Below are positions 11,901-24,575 of a DNA stretch of 64,000 nucleotides, piece by piece. The DNA is from Chlorokybus atmophyticus (Eukaryota; Plantae; Mesostigma and Chlorokybus algae), in NCBI GenBank assembly GCA_009103225.1, contig RHPI01000638.1, positions 434,001 to 498,000 on the forward strand, in the 5' to 3' direction. The notes under the pieces were generated by a model. It did not search any database and was not told the origin of the DNA. It saw only the letters and a program-made list of their open reading frames with translations. How positions within the stretch are numbered: the first letter of the stretch is position 1; every line of letters starts with the position of its first letter. The position numbers and the translations under genes were made by a program.

Positions 11901-12855
11901 TGTTACCATGTCTGCTCGTGCGCGCATGTGTGCGTGTGGGTGTGCGTGTGCGTGCATCGGTTCGTACCTGCGCTGCAGTCTGCAATGTCAAAGGTGAGAG
12001 TCTCGTAGGACAGTCCCGATGGTGCGATATCCAATTTGTCATCGACATACAGCAAGTGAAAATCCACAGAACCTCCAGGCGCTCTCGCATACGGTGCGTT
12101 GCCCCCGGGGCTGGGGTCAAACACCCACCCTGCTGTTATTGACGCCCCCGACACCGATATCAAACGTGAGCGGCGGTTGATGACCCTGACTGTCGATCGG
12201 TTCTTTGATATCTCCGTTACGGGTATTGAGATGCGGCTGAAGGTGAGGACATCCAGATACAGCACCTGCGATGCACGCATGTGTTGCAGATACCTAACAG
12301 TCGTGCATGTGTTACCTTACCCCACTTGCATGCTAGATGTACACACTGCAACCAGTGTAGGCATACACATGCTTAGTCACAGTACACATGTGCATGCATG
12401 CCAACAATGCGTCACGTCATTGTTGGCATTAATGTGTTGTCAACGACTAACCATTGCGGACATGCAGTGACGACGACTCACGACCGTGTGTGTTGGTGGG
12501 TGGGTGTGCACGTGTGCGCGTGCACGTCTTAGAGTATGGAAGCGTATAGGCGTCCATGCATGGGTCTATGTGCGTGTGCGTACACACGCACACCCATATG
12601 CACATACTGTTATCACTACAATTGCATCACCACAACTCAATCACTCACCTGGTCCGTGGCGTATATCGCGGCAGGGCAGGCCGAGTCCAGGTCCGCAATC
12701 GTTGCCGGGGAGACACCGGCGACGCAGCAGGGGCAGCCGTTGACGGGCGATATGAAGCTGTCCTTGTTGTGAGGCTCGTATGTGGGGATGTCGCAACTCG
12801 CGAGGTTGAGGCAAAGACATAGTGCCGCAATGATGCACACCTGGACCCTCGCCAT
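8985..12855 (-). CDS. Secreted protein with a LamG/concanavalin-A-like domain (~12 exons)
   Basis: Signal peptide MARVQVCIIAALCLCLNLASC. LamG hallmarks are YLFDGARNFVDIG...FSGSVSLAAWVNF, RWVHLVGIYVGFAYRIYRNG and VFQGALSDADIASDY. Last exon ends ...NDNVHLITNI*. Some internal junctions are uncertain. Confidence 0.7.
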
Positions 12856-13213
12856 GGCTGGTGTTGCAAACTGCCTCTTTGTATGCACATGCATTGCAAG
12901 GCGATGAGGACAGTGCAAACAACACACGGCAGACCAGACCAGACCATATGCATGCGTATGCGGCCATACCACCATAGACAGAGCAACATACTGACAAACC
13001 TCGTCACCATCAGTGCATCACCATCATCACCACCAGCACCATGACCATGGCCATGACCACCGCTCTACTACAAGTAACGACAGTGCACGGCACACTGTGC
13101 TTGCTCTTGTTGGGTGCGGTTATAACGACAGGGCGCGGTGTCTCACATTACCACGCTCATCCCTCTCACCTCAATTTGCAGGCTGGGTTGGGATGGCCGC
13201 AGCTTTGGTATCC

Positions 13214-13236
13214 GCGGCCTGGCCTGGCCTGGCCTG
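13214..13236. repeat. (GGCCT)n / CCTGG pentamer array
   Basis: gcggcctggcctggcctggcctgc, upstream of the LamG gene. Confidence 0.75.
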
Positions 13237-15230
13237 CTCTGTTCAAAGGGGTCTGTTCATAGAGTCTGGTGCAGACCGTTTGTGCAGGCCCGCCGTCACT
13301 CACCATAGGCCTACACCTCGTAGGCTACAAGACAGGCAGTGGCCGGTCCAGCGCTGTTGCGTGAGCGCGACTCCCTAGGACCTAGGCGACGCTTGTTGCC
13401 ACGTCTGGAGTATAGGCATGGCAACCAACCTTCAAGTTACATACATGAAGGTGTTACTGCAGCACAACTTCCCCCCTTTTCCTGTGACCATTTCGCACAG
13501 CACATGCAATCTGCATGTGCGTGTTTGTCTTTTGCGTTGGCGTCAATGGTAGGGACACCATGTTGCGGTGAAAATGCACTTCTTGACACCAGGTGTGCTG
13601 AAGTTGAAAAGCCAATCATAGGCGCTCAGCACCAGACCGATTCTCATGACTACCGACTGTGCATGGTGAAGGGGCGCTGCACGCAAGCCTCCTGACCGGC
13701 AATGTGGGCTGCAGACGTCGGCCGCTGCGCGTCATCGACGGCCTAGGATAGGTCGGTCATTGAGCTTTCGAATTTAACGAATCTTCATCGACCACGCGGA
13801 TGGGTTTAGCCATGATGGGGCGGCTTCCGTGCATCGGTCGCTCTACACGTCAGCGGCATCCCTGTCAGAAGCAGTCCCTTTCGCAGCCTGCAAGTCCGCC
13901 CAATCTGCGGCTGATAGTGAATGACTAACAAGCAGCGGCGCGCATCATCGCAGATTCCAACAATCGTTGCGTCACGCTTCATGGAGGGAGGCTAAAAACG
14001 GGAGATTTCTTGTCGAACTTACAAACCCCTCGGGATCCCCTTACCTATGCATACATGCTCTTGCCACAATGTAGGGTTTCTAGATCGTTGCAACACCGGT
14101 AGGCTCACGGCATGCAATCTGGCAAGTAAACCATACGAAATGTGTAACACAGCGCATGTAGGTAAAACAATTCATGGACTGTGAAATGATAAACACGAAC
14201 AATGCCAAGCACACACGCACACTTGGTTGTATTAGCAGCAAGTGAACAGGGGATAAGTGAGCGGTAGTAATGGCAATAGCAAGCAACAACGGCGAAAGCA
14301 ACAATGATGTAGGCCATTCAGCACATTTGCATACGCATAATTAACTAATCGACTCATATCAGCAAGGCACACCAACTTAAAATATGGTAATATGAGTAAG
14401 TAGGACGTGTGAAGCAAACGTTGAGGGTGGGCGGAGGGTGGGCGGGTTATTGTTAGCGTGCAGGCATGCAGCAAGCATGGTAAGGTCGATCAGCAGGTTA
14501 GCCAGCAGATTAGCATGATATCCGTTGCAATTGCATGTTGAACACAGCACTTCACATGTCTTTCACATCATCCATTAACAACGTGCTACATGCATAGACA
14601 ACACCACTCACTCTTACGCAACACATTTTCTATAACAGTATTCAGCATGATTAACTTTAAAAACAAAAGCTCCAACTTGAAGTTGATAAGCTAACCTTGA
14701 AAAGCAAACTTTTTTGCAAATTACCCGCGCATCCCTCGCACCGCCTAGAGCACATAGTGCATGTAGTGCTCATAGTTAGTAAAGCCCCTGTAATAAAGTA
14801 TTGCTGTTGCATGTATGTGTACAGGATATAGTTTGGTTGCTGTTTGTGGGGCTCCTAATTGTGCATCTGGACTGCTTCTTGACCTATGACTAATACCTTG
14901 TGCACACTATACCTAGTGCACTACGCAACTCCCTCAGCAGCAAATAGCTCGTTACTCTTGAGAGACTACCTGCTGCACCTTGCCTTCCAAACAGCCTAGT
15001 CATGAGTCCAAGCGCACAGTAAACCCTCCAGACCAGCGGTGTTGCCAAACCACCTGCACGCATCAGAGGGCATGCATAAGAAGCCATGTGCGCAGTACAG
15101 CAGGCAGGTGACTACACAAGCTGCATACAAGCTAAACACACGAAGTGCACTCACCGGCGGGCAACCATTGGAAGACAAGTTTGCCTAAACTGTGCCACGT
15201 GTTATGGTATGAAAACAGCCAACATGCGCC

Positions 15231-18200
15231 TCAACTGGTGGCTTCCGTAATATACAAACTGGCATCAAACACGATGTCGCGCTTGATCTTCTCAGATGCT
15301 GCGCGCATCTTTTCAACAAGCGGCTCGTTGCCTATAAGCTGTGCAGCCTGTGCAAACTCCCTACACGTCTCATCCAAGCGCATGATGGTACGCACAATGG
15401 AGCCCTCTGATACATTCGTGAGCTCGCAGATGTCCGCAAAAGGCACACCTTGTGCCCAAGCATACACAACCTCCACAAGTCCAAACTTCAGAACACCTCC
15501 TGCATAGTCCTCCGGATGCAAGTCAAGCCCATATTGTTGTTGCACGTCGCCAAGATGCAAAGCAGTGCTCCAAAGCCGTTCGCAAGCATCGGACAACCGA
15601 TCCGACAAGCGCGGTTGCGAGGCATCTTTTTCCTGAAACACGAATGTGGACAGCAAAGCTACGGCTTCCTCCGCTGTCAGCTCGCCCAATTGATTGTCAA
15701 GCAACATCTCTGTGCACAATAACTCGTCTCCCGTGTTCATTTCACAGGCCACACGCCCTTTGAGGAGAACCGCACGGTCAGGATCAATGTAGCCAAGCGC
15801 TTCCAACACCCTTTCTCTTCTTTGGAAGTCTGGTAGATGGTACAGGTCGTTACCATCGATTGCTCGGTTCAGTAAAGCCACCTCATCGCGCAAGCTAGCC
15901 TGTTAAGCACACAGTCAGATCAGTCAGAATGAGCCAGTCTGCGCGGCGATGCATATAAAGCACTGACAACAGACTTCACTAAGCATACACATGCAGACAA
16001 GCTTGACAAGCCTTCTCCATCAATGTGCGGACACCAACCAATAGCACACACCGCAACATGCTTGTAAACAACGAACCTGATGTCCAGCTTCAGCTAGATG
16101 TTCGGGCAAATGTGGGCATGTATGACATCCGCTTGCAGCCATGGCCGCCAGGGCATCATTCAATCGATGATACGCCTCCACCGTCTCGATGTCATTGATC
16201 TTCATGTCCTTGACAGGATCCAACGCAGGCGGGAAGCCTGCCGGGAACTCTTGCAGCACAGCGTGCAGTTGCTGTACTCCTGTTGCTACTGGACTCGGCT
16301 TTATCCTTGCTTGGCATATATACACAATATCCATGGTGGCAACGTCCAACACCGAATACGACACCCCTGCAGCCTCACCGCTGCGCGGGACTGGCAAGTT
16401 GTCCTCTGCATCATCGGCGCGCTTGCTCTTACTCACCACGTAATCATCGTCCAAGTCATCCTTCTTGTTCATCACAACAAACCCATTGCTATTATCGGCA
16501 ATTGTCGCAGCAGGCATGCGGGCGGGTAAGTCAACCACACCGAGCACAAGCGCGCGATAGATTCCTTTTAGAGCCTTCAAAACAACTGCAAGTGTTGTCA
16601 CGTGTGCGCTGGACTTGAGAACAAACACGCGTCCGGGGACCAACGCCTTGGACCCTCTTGCCACGAGCACGGTATCGTGCAAACTTGCAGTTAGAGCGTC
16701 TGCTTGCTTCGTTTTCTGGTAGTAGCTCATGATAGAAGCGCTGTCCCCACACGCGCATGTTATCGGCTGCAGCTTCTGCGCCTCCACTGCTAACACCTCC
16801 AGTTTTTTCTGCTGTTCGGGAAGCGCGCGACGTGAGTGAACCTCCAAGAAGCTCCTCTTCAGCATGTCTTCTACGGTGAGCTCTTCTTTCTTGAACAGAT
16901 TCAGTATGGTGTTGTAGGTAAGGCGGAAGCGCGACTCGAGTCGCGTGGCTTTGCCCATCAACAGATTCTTGATGTCGGCCTCTGATACGAGGTCATCCCA
17001 ACACATCACCACAACCATTCCCACCGTGTCAATACCTCGCCTACCCGCCCTGCCCGCCATCTGCGTGTACTCGCCTGGCAACAGAGATCTGAACTCGTGG
17101 CCGTCGTGCTTTTGTAAGCCATGGAACACGACCGTCCTCGCCGGGGCGTTCACTCCCATGGCAAAGGTCTCTGTCGCGAACAACACGCGCAGAAGGCCCT
17201 CGCAGAACAACATTTCAACCACCTCCTTCACAATGGGAAGCAGCCCGGCATGGTGCACGCCTACACCTCGCTTTAGCAGCTCACGCACCCGTAGGATCTG
17301 TCAAAATTAATGTAAGCACTACAAGTAAAAACATTTCCAGTCATTCACAATCATGGTTCAACTTCATGTGGAGAAGCGACAGCAACACGCGAGGCACATA
17401 CATTGCATATTATTGAGACTATATAACAGTCTCACCTGCGGAAGCCGCTGGTCAGAACCCTTTAACCGCCCAAACGCTCGCTCACAAAACATATGAATCG
17501 CCTTCTTCTCTTCTGTTGACGTATAGTCTTGCCCTGACAGCCCATCTGCCGAGGCATCCACCCGCTTCTTGGAAAAAGCAAAGACCACAGCAGGAAGAAG
17601 GGAGTCTCTCTGCAGGTCCACACAGGGTCAGTACAAGCTGATAGCACAGCTGCTCAGGACTTGACAGAACACAACAGTGCAAACACACTTAAAACCCACC
17701 TGAAGTCGTTCCATCAGTTGAACCCATGCCGTGCGCTCTGCGCGCAACGGGTCCGGTGCCTGAGCATTGCGAAACTTGTCCTGTCTCTGCGCTGCAGTTT
17801 TAACGATTGGTTGCTTATTGCTGCCGCCGCGTCCCGCGCCAGCCAAATTGCCTCTGCCCGCAGCAACTATGAAGTTGCCTCTGCCGGCTGCTGCGGGCCC
17901 CTGTTGTTGTTGGGTGGACGGCTTGGCACCCGACTTGCGAGCTAGCTTCTCCTTGTGCGCCTGCTTGGCGAGAGCGTACCCGGCAGGCAGGTATGTATCG
18001 CCCTCGCAGATCTTGTAGATCTCGCCAGAGTAGAACAAATGATGCTCTAGTGGCACAGGTCGCTTCTTAGTACCTGTTGATAACCGTATATGTGCGTGAA
18101 TATAGTGTCAATATATACGCACAAAACTAAAGCATGTGATCAACGCACACTAGTCACATGCTGTCAAACTGTTAACTGGGAAGACATGGAGTGCTGATGG

Positions 18201-19934
18201 ATAGCACCAAACCTTTGCATGCAACAGCTTGTCTACAACATGACAAAATGGCACACCCTCGTCGCAACTTGCTAATCCTCATCCCAACTTACTAATTACG
18301 TGCATGGGCCTTCCTTTGGTTCTTCCTACCCAATCAGCAAACTCGAGGACGTTGGGGACTGTTGCCGACAGCAGCACCAGGTTGACATGGGGGGGCAACA
18401 TGATGATGCACTCCTCCCAGACCACCCCTCGCTCCATATCATTCACATAATGGACCTGTGACACACTGCGATGAATAACCATGAAGGCCACAGAGCTATG
18501 CAGCCCCCCACCCCCCACGCCACTTGAGAAACACAAATGTATCTTAACTTCTAACGATACTACTCACCTCATCAAAGATTACCCACTCCAGTTCCCGAAT
18601 GATATCAGCACCCTTGTACAGCATGGAGCGCAAAATCTCGGTCGTCATGATCAAGCAGGGTGCTTCGGGCTTGATGCTGACATCACCTGTGATAATGCCT
18701 ACCTGCAAGAGGCAGCAACGCCACAGTCAACCAACAAGGCCAGTCAACAAGCAGACTACACAGCTCGGAGAGAGCAATCAAACACTACTAGAGTAAAGTA
18801 TTTTTGCTGATGCAGGGCGTACTCACATCAAAGCCTGTGCGTGAGAAGTCGCGAAACTTCTGGTTGGAGATAGTCTTGATGGGTGCCGTGTAAACTGCCC
18901 TAGTCTCATGCCTCGTGGCTAGCGCCAACGCATACTCGGCGACAACAGTTTTGCCTGCAGACGTATGTGCAGCTACGAACACAGAGTTGCCCTGTGCACA
19001 GCCAAGTGAGGCTCTAGGCACAAAAACAACATCACGTAAACTGCACAACTTTTCACTTCATAGCACTGACACTACAAGTAACGCACTCACTTCATGCACG
19101 TAGGCTGGCAACAAGCAGAATAGAAACCAGAGACACGAATGCAGCACATGGGCAATAGGCATGCCGGGTGTACGCCAATTGCACAGATGTGCACGCAGTT
19201 GCGAGCTTCATGCGCAATCATGGGCATGGGTACAGCGAATAGCATGCCCCGAGGGGGNNNNNNNNNNNNNNNNNNNNNNNNNNNNNNNNNNNNNNNNNNN
19301 NNNNNNNNNNNNNNNNNNNNNNNNNNNNNNNNNNNNNNNNNNNNNNNNNNNNNNNNNNNNNNNNNNNNNNNNNNNNNNNNNNNNNNNNNNNNNNNNNNNN
19401 NNNNNNNNNNNNNNNNNGGGGGGGGGGGGGGGGGGACAGATATTGCCAAACAACATAGCAAGCACGTCCACCAACTGTGCTCCTGCAAGTTGCCACACCT
19501 AACACCTACATGCAACATCGCCATTGGCTGCAAGGCTACGCGGTGCTTGCGAGCATAACCACAGCCGTCCTTGCAGACTTACGATTGGCAACTGTTACGC
19601 CTTTGAACGCGAAAAGAAGAATTAATATGAAAGGCCTTGCTTAAGCATGTTCAAAAGGTAGACAAAACAGAACTAAACTTCAGTCGCAAGTGAGAAGAGG
19701 ACCGGACCAGCTGAGACAGACTGACATGCTCTGCGGCGACACGGAATGCAAAAGCGCAACACGACACTAGTACTGCAAGCCGTAACTTACGTTTTCCATA
19801 TGCACAACGGCCTCCTTCTGGAACCCATCCAGCTCAAAGGGGTACTCTCTTGCCAGCCGTTCCTCATCTTCCAGCTCAGCAAACGCCGCATGCACGTCCT
19901 TTATCTCACCCCTAACGGCCCACTGCCCCTCCAT
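15231..19934 (-). CDS. SKI2: SKI2 DExH RNA helicase (cytoplasmic exosome cofactor)
   Basis: Motifs: [104 protein letters not shown], and C-terminal [12 protein letters not shown]. 9 exons. Confidence 0.95.
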
Positions 19935-20044
19935 GACGACGACGCACAACCTTCCACCTCACCAACACACACACAGCACCACCGCCGCCGCCGCCGCCGC
20001 CATACCCATCCACGTCACAGCGGCCCTGATTTAGAGAATTTAGA

Positions 20045-20054
20045 AAACCCTAAA
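20045..20054 (+). promoter_or_regulatory. Telo-box (AAACCCTAAA) in the SKI2 promoter
   Basis: Exact motif ~110 bp upstream of the SKI2 ATG. The telo-box is a known plant cis-element of translation and RNA-processing genes. Confidence 0.45.
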
Positions 20055-20138
20055 TGCATACAAGCATAAACCGACAGCTGACAGAATACACATTGGGGTG
20101 TCGATGGTCGATGGTGATCAGCAGTGCAAAGGTGTGTG

Positions 20139-20192
20139 GCCTGATCAGGCCAGGCCAGGCCAGGTACAGGCACAGGTACAGGCCAGGTACAG
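20139..20192. repeat. CCAGG/ACAGG pentamer-type array
   Basis: ggcctgatcaggccaggccaggccaggtacaggcacaggtacaggccaggtacagg, in the SKI2 / coiled-coil divergent promoter. Confidence 0.75.
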
Positions 20193-20230
20193 GCGGCGGT
20201 GGTGATCAATCTACAGCAGGCGGTGGGGCG

Positions 20231-23210
20231 ATGCAGGCGCTGGAAAAATATGGAGGCGGTGCCTTGCAGCCTGGAGCGGCCGCTGCGCCGCTGCAATGTG
20301 CACACTGCGAGGAGCTGCGGGAGGAGATCGCTGCCAGACAGGTGTTGGTTCATGAGAATTGTCGTGACTTCTCTTTGAAGCGGCATTTCTGATGGCCTCT
20401 GACTGCATTTGTGGAGCTTCACTATCACAGGCTGATTGGCAATGCGCTTGCTGTTGACGCCTTGCGTGCGTGACAGCAACCATTGTGAATCACCATACGA
20501 CAGCTGTTGTTGCTGTTGTACCGCTCTAGTCTCTGTAACGCTACTTTGTACTGAGCATCCTAGTTTGGAGAACCGGTTTACCAATTGCTACTGTCAGCCT
20601 CATCTCTTATTGGGACCGTTTGAAACAACTTGAGAATCTCTTGTTCTGCGCACGCACGCTCTTCCTGTGTTACAAGCTGACCATACGGTTCAAGTCAGTT
20701 CAAGCAATGAGCACTTGTCCTCGTGCACACGCACACACATTGGTTTTGATGTCATGCTCGTGGAACCATGCACGCGCGCACGCACATGTGCGCGCACCCG
20801 CACACATTTCAGTACACATACAGGCAAAGGCTTGCGATCACGCGTGCGCACTCACTCACTGACTGACGAACACGCACGCACGCACGCACGCACGCACCCA
20901 CGCGCGCATGTGCGCACCTTGCATGGTGTATGGCGATCACCACTACATGAATGAATGTAACCTAACACCTGCGCAACACCCTCAACTCCACTCCAACTCG
21001 TAACTCCGCCAACCGCGCAGGCTTCGTACATGCGTCGCGAGGAGGCGTACGTCGCGGAGATCAGCGATCTGCGCGAAAAGCTGGAGGCCCGACGCGGACA
21101 GTACGCAGACGCGTCGTGCTACCGATCGCTACGCGCACTCCACGTCCGCATACAGGTTCGGTGTCACTGTGCGTGCGCGTGGGGGTGCGCGTGGGTGCGC
21201 GTGGGGGTTGCACGTGGGTGTACGTGGGTGTACGTGGGCGCGTGTGGGTGTCTGCATGCATGTGCGTGTGAGTGGGTGTGGGTGCATATGGGTGTACGCA
21301 TGCGCATGCCTGGGTGTGCTGGTGCGTGAGTGTACACGTGCGCGTGTGCGTGTGCGTTGGAGCGATTCTGCATGATTGCATGTGCATGAGCGCGCACACA
21401 CACACATGCGCGTGCATGCGTGTATGTGCTCGCCTGAGTGCTTGTGCCACCCACTCACTCACTCCCTCACTCTTCCCAGGACTGCATGGACGCCTGGTCC
21501 GCCGTGCCCGAGTCCGCCCAAGCCGACCGCGAGTCTCTCCTTGCCCTGCAGCGCCGTCTCCACGAGGTCGAGGGCGAGGTGGCCTCGGAGCTCAGCGGCC
21601 GCATCAGCGACGCTGGCGACGCCCACCATAACAACAACGGCAACCATGATGGGAGTGGAGGGGAAGCGGCGCTGTATGAACAGATCGATCGGCTGCAAGC
21701 GGAGCTGAACGCCACACAGGTACAGACATAAAACAGGAACTGGCTGCGTTAGCTCGGAATCGAGTCCAGATTGGTTGTGCTTATGCGTAGTTATGTTTGT
21801 GTGTGTCCACGTGCGCATATGTGTTTGTACATGCGAGTGTGTGTCTGCATGCGCGTGTGTTCATGCGTGCGTGCGTGCGCGCGTGCGTGCGTGCCTGCGT
21901 GGTAGGTAAGCGTGTTTTGGTTTGATATGTGTATGCACACATGTGTATGTGCGTGCATGCATGCGTGCGCACTCACGCCAGTCTGTGTCTATGCAGGATG
22001 CGGCGGCGAGGATGGACCGGTTCGCCAAGGCCAACGCGCAGGATCTGAGCAGGTTGAAAGCTGAGGTGAAGCTGCAGCACGATGAGAAGAACCTGCTGGT
22101 GAAGCAGGTGAGAAAGAAAGAGCAGCTTCCTGTTTGCTTTTGGCACGACTCATGCTGGACGCGCGCGGGTTGTGATCGGACCTGCTCAACCAGGTTGTGA
22201 GTTTGAGGAAGGAGAACGTCCAGATGAGAGAGATTGTGGCAATGCAAGAGCAGCGCGCGTACTACTTCGAGTATGATCGGGACAGAGTTCTGTCCCACAG
22301 AGAGCATGACACAGCTCATGCTGCTGGTAAGTGTACGGGCCAACACCAATGTGGACTGGAGACTACAACGCATGAGCCAACACAAGTGCCTTACCTCACC
22401 TCACCTTTCAGCTGTAGAGGAATCACCTCCAACGTCGGCACAAGCAGCCGGCATGGAAGGCGAAGACAAGCCTGCTGACACGATATCGCGCTTGCGGCAT
22501 GCGCTGGAAACAGGTGCACTCATGTGTGTGTGTATGCATATGTGCGTGCATTCGCGTGCATGCACATGCATGTGCGCGTGTGTGAGTGTGTCTGTATGCT
22601 TGTGTGTTATATTGTGTCAGTGTTTGCTGGAGTGAGGGGCAGCAGGAACCAACACTTACATCTGCTCTCTGTAGAGAGGAGGCGCGCCAAGGCAGCGCAA
22701 GTGTCCTTAGCATCAGAGCTGGAGAGCCGCTCGGAGTTGCATAAGCTACTGGCAGAGGCGTTGAAAGAGGCGAAACACGCGCGCTGGACACTGGAGAAAG
22801 GCGCATCGTCGAAGGTGGAGGAGATGACCACTGCTGAAAAAGACCACATGTTGCACACGCTGCTGTCGAAAGAGAAGGTGTTGGCCCTGCTGTACGAGGC
22901 GGCATTCCCCGAGAAGAGTACCAACAGTGGGAGTGGGAATGGCTTTGGCGGTCAAGTGACGAACAGTACCACATTGCGGCCTCAACGACCCGGGTCAGCA
23001 ATGCCGAAATCGCAGCCGAGGCCGATGTCTGCGGCCACACCGCCAACAAGGCCGAAATCGGCATCAGTGCACAGCAACACCAAGTCCAGCCCTGAAGCAA
23101 TCGCCATTGCGGGGAAGAAACCGGTGACACCTTACACGCTGCAGCAGTGGCAGAGTCAGGTTGACCATAGGATGCGGACCTTCTTGAATGGGTCGTTCAG
23201 GCACGCATAG
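20231..23210 (+). CDS. Coiled-coil protein of unknown function (7 exons)
   Basis: MQALEKYGG...CEELREEIAARQ| followed by heptad-rich exons at ~21021, ~21480, ~21996, ~22194 and ~22413, and a last exon ...KDHMLHTLLSKEKVLALLYEAAFP...RHA*. Splice sites are GT-AG. Confidence 0.7.
21165..21975. repeat. Alternating purine-pyrimidine (GT/GC/CA) intronic tracts; similar tracts at ~11740-11960, ~38520-38770 and ~42120-42310
   Basis: Long gtgtgcgtgc-type runs fill the introns and generate spurious Cys/Val/His/Thr-rich ORFs. Confidence 0.85.
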
Positions 23211-23787
23211 GCCAGATCTATATGTGTGAATAAAAATCTGTATCGCACGTAGTTGTATAGCATTGACAACGCTGCAGGCACCATACAAGGCAGGGTGTAG
23301 ATGATAGCATACAGCACAAGCTGACAGCAATCCACTTGGTGGACACATGATTATAGTTATGTAAGGAGACTACTTCACCTGTATCATGAGTAAATTTTGT
23401 GCAGCTTGCAATAGCCAGTAGGTGCCTGATGGTGTTGGGACAACCAGTACTGCACATGTGCCATTGTTGTTGCTGCCTACTGTGCGCTTGTCTGTATGCA
23501 GGAAGGGATGCAACACATGCCTTTGCAACCTATCACCAGGCACTACTGGCTCTACGGTGTCCACAGCAAGCAGGTGCCACACAGGTCAAAACGCTGTTCA
23601 TGCAAGGGCTAAGCAGCAAGAGAATTGCATTGCTCAAAATTACAACAACAAATAATGATCACGTATATACAATGTTCGCCTGTGGCGAAACTGCGTGCGA
23701 AAGGCAACTGGTGCATCATCTAAAGATCATAATGCCATGGCTGACAGACCTCAGCGCGGGAAGCTTGAGTGGAGGTAGTGTGCATAC

Positions 23788-24575
23788 CTACGCCGTACAG
23801 CACTGCTGATCCAGCCACTGGCCGATGGAGCCAGTAAAGCAACAGTTTGGTGGGCGCTTCTGGCGTGGAACATAGATGTCCACATGCTCCTCATCATACG
23901 ACTCAATTGGTGGCAGCTGGCTGAGACGCGGCGTGTGCACACCTGCCTCAAAGTATACGCCTGCTGTTATCCTTCCCCCGTATAGGCGTGCTAGCGCCTC
24001 CCCTTCCCTAGTGTGCGGCTGTAACTCTGTCACTTCTACGTTTGCGCGCGTGTAGTAGTTGTAATGCACGCCCTCCTTCTCGTCAAGCGCAGCCAGTGCA
24101 GTCTTGTCTACTGCATAAACCTCCCCTGGTATCCTATGACCTGTCCAAGGGGAGAAGTGAAATGAGCTACTGTAAATGCAACATGCTTAGCGCTGATTTG
24201 CATGCGCAAGTATGTTTACTTGCACATGCAATGAGTGTACTCATATGGCTTACCTTGGTTGGGGACGTTTAGGAGAAAGGGTACGTGAAATGGTCCAGGT
24301 AGAACCATGGGGTACGCATGTTTTGTAAATGCTGTGCCTATGAAAACTGCGCCTCCTCGTGCCATCTGCCGCTGCAGCACATAATGGTTGAAGAACCCTC
24401 GCTTCAGCGTCCCGTACACAAAAACCAGCTCGGCCCCTGGACTTCGCTTCAGCGGAACCCTAGCGGCGGCAGGCTGCGACGTGGAAGCGTCTGTGGGAGG
24501 CTGGGGCACCAGATTGAATGGAGCAGGAGCGGTGACTGGAATGATAGGGGTTGATGATGCCACCACAGTCGCCAT
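23788..24575 (-). CDS. Gamma-glutamylcyclotransferase/AIG2-like (GGACT family)
   Basis: LVFVYGTLKRGFFNH signature. Second exon reads HRIPGEVYAVDKTALAALDEKEG...YTR and ...YVPRQKR. Confidence 0.85.

Noticed and set aside
13812-13916. C/D-box snoRNA candidate (ATGATGG...CTGA)
   Set aside because: Imperfect C box, no terminal stem and no rRNA-antisense element that I could recognise.
13033-14040. Possible plus-strand spliced gene (MTMAMTTALLQ|AGLGWPQL|WPAVTHHR...) divergent from the LamG gene
   Set aside because: The first exons splice plausibly, but I could not extend an open frame beyond ~50 aa.
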